Of a stretch of DNA of 64,000 nucleotides, positions 31,026-38,267 are shown in pieces. The DNA is from a virus (taxonomy: Duplodnaviria > Caudoviricetes): positions 52,929 to 116,928 of IMG/VR virus record IMGVR_UViG_3300005614_000001; one strand, given 5' to 3'. The notes below the pieces were generated by a model that saw nothing but the letters and a program-made list of their open reading frames with translations, ran no database searches and was not told the origin of the DNA. Numbering within the stretch: the first letter of the stretch is position 1; each line of letters opens with the position of its first letter. A program made the translations under genes and the position numbers.

Positions 31026-31804
31026 TATAGAAAATTTTGTGCAAAAGGAGATAACTCTATAAAATGTTTATAGCATGTAGAGTAGTGATTATTAAGTTCT
31101 GTGTTTACAGGTTCATCAAATTGCTTACAACTATATTCAAGTTTATACCCTAACTTCTTTAACAAAAATATAGTAGAAGATTTTATAGTTACTTTATCAT
31201 TTCCTACTATCATTCGTATAGGTATATCATCTTTGATATGATCTGCCCATACTTTCCCGTAAAATAAAGTAATTTCTATTTTACAAATTAGCTCCCCTCT
31301 ATCTAAAGATTCCTGTATCCTTTCAAAGATATAGTTAGCATCTTCTGTATAGAAACTACATGAATGATATTCATATAGATTCTCCCTATAGGTACGTGCA
31401 TTTATTGGCTCGCACTTATATAGAAACTCTTTTACTTGTGGTTGGAGATCTATGAAATTTTCATCTGTCATTTTTACTATAAATCCTATTATAGAATAGT
31501 CGTCAAATCCATAACTATATAGTGGTGATATTTTTCTTTTATCAATACTTAAGTCTATCCCAAGAAGTTCATACATTTTCTCTGTTATAATCATCCCATC
31601 ATTTAAATTTCTTACTTCTTTTTTATCAAGAAATTCCTTGCAAACTTCATCAAATGATTCATCAGGAACTTGAATACTATCTATCACCTTAAAATCTTTA
31701 ACACTACTGGCAAAAGATTTAGATCTAGTTGGATAGTATACAATTACTGGTTGACCAGTAGAACTTATATTATCTTCTTCAAAGAAGCCAATTTGATTTT
31801 CCAT
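31025..31804 (-). CDS. Hypothetical protein (possible moron insertion)
   Basis: 259 aa, AT-rich, within the packaging module. Confidence 0.55.
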   Translation of the reverse strand: MENQIGFFEEDNISSTGQPVIVYYPTRSKSFASSVKDFKVIDSIQVPDESFDEVCKEFLDKKEVRNLNDGMIITEKMYELLGIDLSIDKRKISPLYSYGFDDYSIIGFIVKMTDENFIDLQPQVKEFLYKCEPINARTYRENLYEYHSCSFYTEDANYIFERIQESLDRGELICKIEITLFYGKVWADHIKDDIPIRMIVGNDKVTIKSSTIFLLKKLGYKLEYSCKQFDEPVNTELNNHYSTCYKHFIELSPFAQNFL

Positions 31805-31844
31805 TATGTAGTTATTTTAATGTATTGGTTTAATCTACTTCTAT

Positions 31845-32141
31845 TTAGAAGTCCTCCTCTGTACTTCCCAGGATATCATCACAGAGTTTATCGAAGTTTG
31901 TTCCTTCTTCTATAATTCTTCTGATATCACTTGAATGTGGGATATCTATATCTAACTCTTTCTGACACTTGTATTTATCCAGGATGAAGGCAAATTCCTT
32001 ATTACTTATCCCATCAAAGTTATCATAGTCACTTAGTGCCATTGATAGGTGTGTTGACACCGGAAGGTTTGGAGATAATTTTAGTATCTCTTTTATACTA
32101 TTCAGGATAGAGTTAACGTGGTTTTTCTTGCTGCTCTGCAT
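31845..32141 (-). CDS. Conserved crAss hypothetical protein
   Basis: 98 aa in the overlapping operon upstream of the terminase. Confidence 0.55.
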   Translation of the reverse strand: MQSSKKNHVNSILNSIKEILKLSPNLPVSTHLSMALSDYDNFDGISNKEFAFILDKYKCQKELDIDIPHSSDIRRIIEEGTNFDKLCDDILGSTEEDF

Positions 32142-32460
32142 CTTCTATGGCTTTTTGTATATCAAGATCCTCTTGTTCAGTAGAAACTGCAAACCATTTT
32201 AAAGGACGCTGATCATTTGGGTTATATTTATTGTGCATCTCCAATCCACAATTACTGGAAAGGGAAGCTGTTTTTAATTTAAGGAAGCAACCACATGAGG
32301 AACATTTACTGAATGTATCTATCTCTCCTGGAGTAGTGTTCATTTCACACCCTATACAGATAGCCATTCTCTCCTTCTGTGTCTGCTCTATTAAGCTCTT
32401 TAGTTCCTTTGGGGGAAAGGTGCTATTCCTCACTCCCTCAAGTATCTTCTTAAAGTCCAT
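32113..32460 (-). CDS. Zn-binding protein
   Basis: RMAICIGC...CSSCGCFLKLKTASLSSNC...W motif. Confidence 0.65.
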   Translation of the reverse strand: MDFKKILEGVRNSTFPPKELKSLIEQTQKERMAICIGCEMNTTPGEIDTFSKCSSCGCFLKLKTASLSSNCGLEMHNKYNPNDQRPLKWFAVSTEQEDLDIQKAIEDAEQQEKPR

Positions 32461-32788
32461 TTGTTTTGGTTTTTAAATATTCTATTTCTGAAGTGGCAGA
32501 TTCCAGTTTCTTTATAAGGGTGGTTCTTTTTATATCCCCTTCTTCTAAAGATTCCAGCCTGGAGAGGTAAGAAGAGATAAACTTTTCTAATAGTTCTATT
32601 CTCCTGTTTACTTTCCCCATCCTTATTTTAAACTTTCCCAGCCCTGACACTTCTATACTACTGGTAGATGACATATTATCATATACACTTTTCCATTGCC
32701 ACCTTATAACTGCATCCACTACTTCTTCCGATAGAGACAGTAGCTTTGCTGTTTGTTTAGCTTTCTGCTCCAGGGTTGAGGGTGTCAT
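32450..32788 (-). CDS. HU/IHF-like protein
   Basis: LSLSEEVVDAVI...SIEVSGLGKF. Confidence 0.65.
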   Translation of the reverse strand: MTPSTLEQKAKQTAKLLSLSEEVVDAVIRWQWKSVYDNMSSTSSIEVSGLGKFKIRMGKVNRRIELLEKFISSYLSRLESLEEGDIKRTTLIKKLESATSEIEYLKTKTNGL

Positions 32789-33137
32789 TTATTATAGTTA
32801 TTTCTATTTTAAAAGATGGAGAGGAGAAATCCGGGAGTATGATAGGATTGACCTTTATCTTTCCTTCTTTCTTTACCAGGATGTTTAACTTCTGCAGCCG
32901 GGAGCTCATATTATTAAATGAGAACTTACTGCTTTGGAATGTTCTTATAAACTCTTCCCTCACCGGGGGAGTAGTGATGGTACCATTAATTGCAGAGAAA
33001 GCAACCAGGTCTATCTCAAGTGGTTTAACCTTTATATTGTTTACTTTAAACAGTACTCCATAATACCTTTTGGCTACTTCAAACTTTGAAGGAACCTGTA
33101 TTTGTATCTTCTCTGGAGAATACTTTACTTCTTTCAT
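32757..33137 (-). CDS. Winged-helix DNA-binding protein
   Basis: NNMSSRLQKLNILVKKEGKIKVNP wHTH-like segment. Confidence 0.5.
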   Translation of the reverse strand: MKEVKYSPEKIQIQVPSKFEVAKRYYGVLFKVNNIKVKPLEIDLVAFSAINGTITTPPVREEFIRTFQSSKFSFNNMSSRLQKLNILVKKEGKIKVNPIILPDFSSPSFKIEITIINDTLNPGAES

Positions 33138-33225
33138 ACAAAAGTACTAATAAATATAGGAAATATATATGTGTTTATTACTTTATTTCCATAAGTAATG
33201 CTATATCATAGCAAAGTTTTTCATC

Positions 33226-33579
33226 CTATCGTGGAGAAACAGGGGTTTCTGTAACCAATTTATTATACTTCTCCAGCTCCTTTTTGAACTTATCAAATGT
33301 ACAGTTTAGGTTAAGACTTTCCCCAGTAGTAAGAGTTACCTGTACCTGGTTCATCTTGGGATTCTCAAGGTTATAGTGGGATTCTTCCAGGCTATAGCAC
33401 TCTGAGAAGTTAGATATTTCTTCCGGATTGATGGCTATCTTAGATATTATTGGGATTGGGGTATGTTCAGGGCCAGGGGCTGGAAATTCACTTTCAAACT
33501 GCTTTTCCAGTTCACGCTGATACTCAGCCATTTCCTTTGCATTGTATATATTAGTCGTAAACTCTATGAATCTTTTCAT
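33226..33579 (-). CDS. Hypothetical protein
   Basis: 117 aa with its own promoter at 33602-33632. Confidence 0.55.
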   Translation of the reverse strand: MKRFIEFTTNIYNAKEMAEYQRELEKQFESEFPAPGPEHTPIPIISKIAINPEEISNFSECYSLEESHYNLENPKMNQVQVTLTTGESLNLNCTFDKFKKELEKYNKLVTETPVSPR

Positions 33580-33601
33580 TAATTATACATCATTTATTAT
33601 A

Positions 33602-33632
33602 CAAATATATAACTTATTATGTTATTTCCAAA
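33602..33632 (-). promoter_or_regulatory. Bacteroidota promoter TTTG-N19-TATATTTG
   Basis: CAAATATA 33602-33609 and CAAA 33629-33632 on +. Confidence 0.65.
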
Positions 33633-33654
33633 TATATTTTATATTATTTTTTAT

Positions 33655-33888
33655 TTATAAATCTAACCTGGCTCTTTCTCCTTTCTCTTCACTGCCCCTG
33701 AATGCTTTCTTAATTAAATATTTCCCCCCATTCTGTAAGTTTACCAGAACTTCTCCGCTCTGTAGTACATTATCTTTCATACCTGGATAGATATCTTCAT
33801 GTGCTATATCATCTACAAAAGATTGAAACTCAAGTTCATCCAGGTAATATATTCCTTCCGGGCGATTGTATAGATCTTCTAATTTCAT
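33655..33888 (-). CDS. Hypothetical protein (MKLEDLY family)
   Basis: 77 aa; paralogue immediately upstream. Confidence 0.55.
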   Translation of the reverse strand: MKLEDLYNRPEGIYYLDELEFQSFVDDIAHEDIYPGMKDNVLQSGEVLVNLQNGGKYLIKKAFRGSEEKGERARLDL

Positions 33889-34092
33889 GGTATAAATTTT
33901 AATTTGTAGATGCGTCCCATATAAGATTCTGTTTTAAGCACCCTGTCTTTTTTTTACTTTATCTATAAGTTTATTTATAAATTCTGAATGTATATCAGAT
34001 TCATTTATTAAATCTGCAAAGAACTCTCTAAATGCAGTGTCATTAAAATAATATGTTCCTGGCTTACTTTTATACAAATCCTCTAATTTCAT
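33885..34092 (-). pseudogene. Frameshifted MKLEDLY paralogue (52 aa as sequenced, 33934-34092)
   Basis: MKLEDLYKSKPGTYYFND...; removing one base of the A8 run extends the ORF to an ATGA overlap with the start at 33888. Confidence 0.55.
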
Positions 34093-34164
34093 AATTATAG
34101 TTTTAAAAATAAAAGCTGATGTAGAAACACCAGCTCTGAATAGTCTATTTGAAATGAAACAATA

Positions 34165-34518
34165 TTAGTCTACTTTAATGACAAAAGATGACTCTACATT
34201 ATGTACCCTTGTGAACCAATTCCCAATATCTCCATAAGCTGGATCGTAGGGTTTTGATATCTCTACATCATAGGATACACAGCATTCAGAAAAGTGGACC
34301 TTAATAACCTTACAGTCTGTAATCTGTTGATCTCCAAACTTTAAAATCACTTCATCTCCAACCTGATGAGCTGCCGGAAGAAGTCTTAAGGTAATCATTT
34401 TCTCCTTAAAGAACTCGGCACCTTTAAGAAATTCTCCATCATGTAGTAGTGAAACAGAATCCATTAGATTATCTAATGCATTATCCCACATCCTTTTTTC
34501 TCGTTTTACTTTTGACAT
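34165..34518 (-). CDS. Hypothetical protein with SH3/Tudor-like C-terminal domain
   Basis: HQVGDEVIL...CKVIKVHF...YDV pattern. Confidence 0.5.
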   Translation of the reverse strand: MSKVKREKRMWDNALDNLMDSVSLLHDGEFLKGAEFFKEKMITLRLLPAAHQVGDEVILKFGDQQITDCKVIKVHFSECCVSYDVEISKPYDPAYGDIGNWFTRVHNVESSFVIKVD

Positions 34519-34559
34519 ATTGTTTATGTTCAGCTTACTCTGTCCCCAGTTTTTATATT

Positions 34560-34913
34560 TTAAACAGGTTTTACTATAATATCTCCATCATGTATAACAG
34601 GAGGATTGTATATATAATCTGTTACCTGAGTATCTACTATATTAGCTTTCTTTATCTCCAGTTCTTCCTTTGCTATCATCTCCCCTAATACATTATATGC
34701 CCATTTCAAGGCAGTAATGTCATAATTATTTATAGGGCGAATCTTTGTATTGCCACCTTCATCTTTATTGGCAAAACAGAATCCTCCAGTTGCTGGAATA
34801 TAAAGTCCAAACTTCTGCACCAGCTTATCCCGAACATCATCAGAATGTTCATAATCCAACTGTACTACAGGAAGGTTATCATAATCAACGTCAATCCTTA
34901 CTTTTGATTTCAT
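34560..34913 (-). CDS. Hypothetical protein, first gene of the minus-strand arm
   Basis: 117 aa downstream of the promoter at 34980-35010. Confidence 0.55.
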   Translation of the reverse strand: MKSKVRIDVDYDNLPVVQLDYEHSDDVRDKLVQKFGLYIPATGGFCFANKDEGGNTKIRPINNYDITALKWAYNVLGEMIAKEELEIKKANIVDTQVTDYIYNPPVIHDGDIIVKPV

Positions 34914-34979
34914 AAATGTTTGTTTTTAAATGTTTAAATAAATGAATAAATTATAGGCTTAATTAGTCACTATATATTA

Positions 34980-35010
34980 CAAAGATATACAATATATAAT
35001 ATCTTCCAAA
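34980..35010 (-). promoter_or_regulatory. Bacteroidota promoter TTTG-N19-TATCTTTG
   Basis: CAAAGATA 34980-34987 and CAAA 35007-35010. Confidence 0.7.
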
Positions 35011-35093
35011 TTTATTTTTTATTTTCTAATTTTTTTTCCAATTTTTAAAATCTTTTATATGGCTTTTAGAATACCTCTATTGAAGGTGGGCTT

Positions 35094-35123
35094 AAATTAA
35101 AACAGCCGCAGATTAGCGGCTGT
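35094..35123 (-). terminator. Intrinsic terminator (minus strand)
   Basis: Perfect 8-bp ACAGCCGC/GCGGCTGT stem followed on minus by TTTAATTT. Confidence 0.6.
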
Positions 35124-35150
35124 AAATGTTTTAGTCGTCGGCGGCTAAAG

Positions 35151-35216
35151 TGACAGTTGGTGTAAATAACACGCCATCCTTTGAAGATGGGGTTGTGGTT
35201 AAATCCACGCTGTCCT
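35151..35216 (+). tRNA. Atypical/degenerate tRNA-Gln(TTG)-like cloverleaf 1
   Basis: TGACAGT TG GTGT-AAATA-ACAC G CCATC-CTTTGAA-GATGG GGTT GTGG-TTAAAT-CCAC GCTGTCC T; lacks the D-loop GG and TTCG. Confidence 0.55.
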
Positions 35217-35223
35217 AAGTAAA

Positions 35224-35295
35224 CGACTGGTTGGTGTAACGTCAACATGTTGCCCCTTGAAGGCAAAGTAGCTGGTTAAACTCCAGCACCGTCCA
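35224..35295 (+). tRNA. Atypical/degenerate tRNA-Gln(TTG)-like cloverleaf 2
   Basis: GACTGGT TG GTGT-AACGTCA-ACAT G TTGCC-CCTTGAA-GGCAA AGTA GCTGG-TTAAACT-CCAGC ACCGTCCA; bulged acceptor stem, C33. Confidence 0.55.
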
Positions 35296-35302
35296 ATTTT
35301 TA

Positions 35303-35333
35303 CAAATATACAAAGGGGGTATGACACTACAAA
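35303..35333 (-). promoter_or_regulatory. Bacteroidota promoter TTTG-N19-TATATTTG pointing antisense into the tRNA-like pair
   Basis: CAAATATA 35303-35310 and CAAA 35330-35333. Confidence 0.65.
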
Positions 35334-35473
35334 ATTTTTTTCTATTTTCTGAAAACTTTTATATACATAAAACATCTTACTACTCCTTCCACAACCCCCT
35401 CTCATGTTTAGGGAGGTGCCAGTCACCCCGCCTATTGAATAATCATTGTTTAACATTTAAAATTGAAAAAGCT

Positions 35474-35833
35474 ATGAATTTGGCTAAAGTAACAAAAGTT
35501 GGAGAAAAGGCATGTTTTGACATTGCTGGAAATCGCATTGCCCTTGGAGGGTTAACAGACATTAAAGTGGGTTCTTATGTTGCCTACCGGGAGCAGACAG
35601 TTACCAACAGGACTAATCCTGAGACTAGTAAGTTAGAAGAGCTGGCTCCTGAAGCTTACTGGGTGAATAAGATTGCTACAGCGGTGTTTAGTGACCGTAC
35701 AGAGGCTATCCTGGCAGTTAATGAAGGCAGTATCATGGCTGCTGAATCTAAGCTGGTAATTGCCCAGCAGGCTGCTAAGATTGCACAGTCTTATGACATT
35801 CCTGCATCTGTGCTGGAATCTTTGGGCATGTAA
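35474..35833 (+). CDS. First early-arm protein (119 aa, start MNLAKVTK)
   Basis: The track ORF starts at 35321, but an AT-rich leader precedes the ATG at 35474; higher GC than neighbours; followed by a terminator. Confidence 0.6.
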   Translation: MNLAKVTKVGEKACFDIAGNRIALGGLTDIKVGSYVAYREQTVTNRTNPETSKLEELAPEAYWVNKIATAVFSDRTEAILAVNEGSIMAAESKLVIAQQAAKIAQSYDIPASVLESLGM

Positions 35834-35856
35834 TGCTGATGGTTGATGAATTGAAT

Positions 35857-35895
35857 AGTGTGCTCTTCGTGATGGTGGAGCACACTTCTTCTTTT
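35857..35895 (+). terminator. Intrinsic terminator
   Basis: AGTGTGCTC...GAGCACACT followed by TCTTCTTTT. Confidence 0.6.
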
Positions 35896-35976
35896 GTTGA
35901 GGGTATATATTCTATAGTAATATATTCTATTATATTATAGTATATAATAAATAATAACTTGATAAGTGTAAAAATT

Positions 35977-36010
35977 AATAACAATTGTTAGTAAATAAAT
36001 AACAATTGTT
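35977..36010. repeat. Two direct copies of AATAACAATTGTT (palindromic core AACAATTGTT), 21-bp period
   Basis: 35977-35989 and 35998-36010, just upstream of TATATTTG (36034-36041) and the RepL-like gene. Confidence 0.7.
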
Positions 36011-36057
36011 TTCTTTTTGTCCTACATTATACATATATTTGCACAAAATAATATATA

Positions 36058-36480
36058 ATGAAAGATAAATCAACAAGATCTCCTAACATTAAGTCTTACC
36101 CTGAACATGAAAGTAACCCATTCCCTATGGATAACCTATTAGAGCAGCCTGATTATACTGTTCCTGGATTACATATAGGGGAGAAATGTGTTGCTTTTAG
36201 TAACAAGTATCCAAATGTTATGTACACCCTGGATAAGCCTGGGATGAAGGGGTTATTGTATATAACATCTAAATTAGTTATAGGGGTGCATGAAGTGTGT
36301 ATATCTCAGGTAGAATTCAACGAGTATGGTAAGTATAAACAATCTAATAGGTATGCTTACTATAAAGCTTTAGATCAGTTATTGGAGACTGGGGTTATTG
36401 CCAGGAAGAAGAATTATAATAATTGCTTCTTTGTGAACCCTGAAGTGATGCAGGCTACTGTTGAATTCTTCTATAAATAA
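36058..36480 (+). CDS. RepL-like winged-helix replication/regulatory protein
   Basis: YYKALDQLLETGVIARK...FFVNP C-terminal motif; N-terminal ESNPF. Confidence 0.65.
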   Translation: MKDKSTRSPNIKSYPEHESNPFPMDNLLEQPDYTVPGLHIGEKCVAFSNKYPNVMYTLDKPGMKGLLYITSKLVIGVHEVCISQVEFNEYGKYKQSNRYAYYKALDQLLETGVIARKKNYNNCFFVNPEVMQATVEFFYK

Positions 36481-36491
36481 CTCCTAATTAC

Positions 36492-36800
36492 ATGAAAGAT
36501 ACTGATATATATGGTATTATTTATGCTTGGGTTATGAAGAGTAAAGAAATTGAAATTGGCCCTAAAGCACTGTATGCTCTTCTCTGTACCTATAGAGAGG
36601 CATCTAATAATACCTGTTTCCCTGGAGATAGTAAGCTTGCTGAACAGCTAATGGTTGACATTAGGACTATCAGGAGATATATGCTTGCACTTCAACAAGC
36701 CAGAATAATAGAGAGAATTACTCTATTTGATCCTCACTCAGGGAAGAAAAAAAGAACCATTCTCCTTACCGATATAGTGAAATTTAAGGAAAAAGCATAG
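36492..36800 (+). CDS. HTH_36-type replication-initiator-like wHTH protein
   Basis: KALYALLCTY...TCFPGDSKLAEQLMVDIRTIRRYMLALQQARII. Confidence 0.75.
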   Translation: MKDTDIYGIIYAWVMKSKEIEIGPKALYALLCTYREASNNTCFPGDSKLAEQLMVDIRTIRRYMLALQQARIIERITLFDPHSGKKKRTILLTDIVKFKEKA

Positions 36801-36861
36801 GACATGTATGTCCTAATATATAGGACACAGGTGTCCTAAGGTATAGGACATGGGTGTCCTA
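36798..36861. repeat. Three 18-bp palindromes TAGGACA-N4-TGTCCTA at 23-bp period (iteron/operator array)
   Basis: 36798-36815, 36821-36838, 36844-36861. Confidence 0.9.
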
Positions 36862-37147
36862 TATAACATTACCATAATAACAATACAATAGAACAATACC
36901 AGGGAAAGTTTATCAAAATTTTGCAGACTGCAGGGAGCAATTTGCCTATCCCGGCAGTAAGTAGTTCCCAATAGCAGTAAATAATTATTGGTTCAAAGTA
37001 ATTCCCAACAGTCTATACTATCTGTAGGGATACTATAAGCGTCAATTCCTGGTAACTAATAAGAGATAATTACTACTATAGTATCAAAATACAACGCTTA
37101 TACTACCGGAGTAGATAGTATAGCACACAAATATTAACTTTTAGTTA

Positions 37148-37165
37148 ATGTTCCACGTGGAACAT
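37148..37165. promoter_or_regulatory. parS: parS centromere-like site
   Basis: Perfect palindrome ATGTTCCACGTGGAACAT; the core TGTTCCACGTGGAACA is the symmetric form of the bacterial chromosomal parS consensus TGTTNCACGTGAAACA. Confidence 0.85.
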
Positions 37166-37318
37166 AGTAAATTTATTCCATTTGTAGGTATTAAAAGAGC
37201 TGAATACTACGTATATAGTCTGAAATCAAACTAATTGAGTAGTTAAATAGCTACGGGTACTGATATAGTATAGCATTAACAACATATTTTTATATATTTA
37301 CACTTAAAATCAATTATT

Positions 37319-37540
37319 ATGGTACTTATAGCTATACTGCTATCTTTGGGGGTTGTTTCTCTAAATCTGATAGCTTATTATATATTGAAGAAAACTACAT
37401 CAATGTATACATTCAGGCAGTATATCATAGTGATCTGGAGTGGAGATTATGAAATCCTTTTAGTTTTGAATATGTTTCTTATTTCAGCACTCTTTATCTC
37501 TTTTGCAGGTTGTGTACATTTACTATTATATCCACAATAA
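37319..37540 (+). CDS. Small membrane protein
   Basis: 73 aa with two hydrophobic segments. Confidence 0.5.
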   Translation: MVLIAILLSLGVVSLNLIAYYILKKTTSMYTFRQYIIVIWSGDYEILLVLNMFLISALFISFAGCVHLLLYPQ

Positions 37541-37575
37541 AATCATTCATTTAACCACTTAATACATAAAATGTC

Positions 37576-37893
37576 ATGGAAAAACTACCAATAAAATTCA
37601 AAGAAAAATGGATAGCTGCTTTAAGGAGTGGTGAATACAAACAAGGAAAATTCACTATGTATGACTCAATAACACAAACATATTGTTGTTTAGGAGTTGC
37701 TGAAATAGTGGCTGGTAATAACATAGAAACAATTGGAAAAACATATTCTCCGAGGAGGTTAAATCGTAAATCAAAAGTTCCCGAATTACTAAAATCTACT
37801 ACATCAAGCATATCAGATATACTTATGGGCATGAATGATAGTAAAGATAAAACATTCAATGAAATAGCTGATTGGATAGAAGAAAACCTATAA
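37576..37893 (+). CDS. Early protein, W..ALRSG.Y.Q / CCLGV family (copy 1)
   Basis: KWIAALRSGEYKQG...YCCLGV...MND....F.EIADWIE. Confidence 0.7.
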   Translation: MEKLPIKFKEKWIAALRSGEYKQGKFTMYDSITQTYCCLGVAEIVAGNNIETIGKTYSPRRLNRKSKVPELLKSTTSSISDILMGMNDSKDKTFNEIADWIEENL

Positions 37894-37945
37894 TAACTAC
37901 TTTTTACTATTAATTACATACTTTTAACAACTAAAACTAATTTAT

Positions 37946-38233
37946 ATGGCTAATTATAGAATGATGAAGGTTTTTGATTGCACAGAAATGCCTAAAGAAG
38001 TAAGGAAGGTATTTTTTGAGACATTTCAAAAAGGTAATGATGTATTGGTGGAAACCTATTGCCATGAATCTCGTAAACCATTTGACGAATATACAGGGGG
38101 AGAGATTATTCATGAAGAGATAGACGACGGCATTAAGTACGTTAGGGAGAGAGGAGATGATATAATAAGTGATTGGCTATTTGATAATGGTGCAGAAATA
38201 GAAGAGGAAGTAATTATATCACATTGGTGGTAG
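37946..38233 (+). CDS. Hypothetical early protein
   Basis: 95 aa, acidic. Confidence 0.6.
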   Translation: MANYRMMKVFDCTEMPKEVRKVFFETFQKGNDVLVETYCHESRKPFDEYTGGEIIHEEIDDGIKYVRERGDDIISDWLFDNGAEIEEEVIISHWW

Positions 38234-38267
38234 AAATCAACAAATTAACAACTAAAAACATTTATTT

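Noticed and set aside
712-34688. Numerous + strand ORFs antisense to the late genes (e.g. 23935-24501, 13984-14376) and - strand ORFs within early genes
   Set aside because: Shadow frames of real genes, with no motifs or expression signals
35066-35456. Minus-strand ORFs 35066-35266 and 35199-35456, and the 35321-35473 extension of the first early ORF
   Set aside because: They overlap structured RNA, promoter and terminator elements and have non-protein-like composition
36798-36861. Mini CRISPR array
   Set aside because: Repeats are 18 bp with 5-nt spacers, far too short, and there are no cas genes
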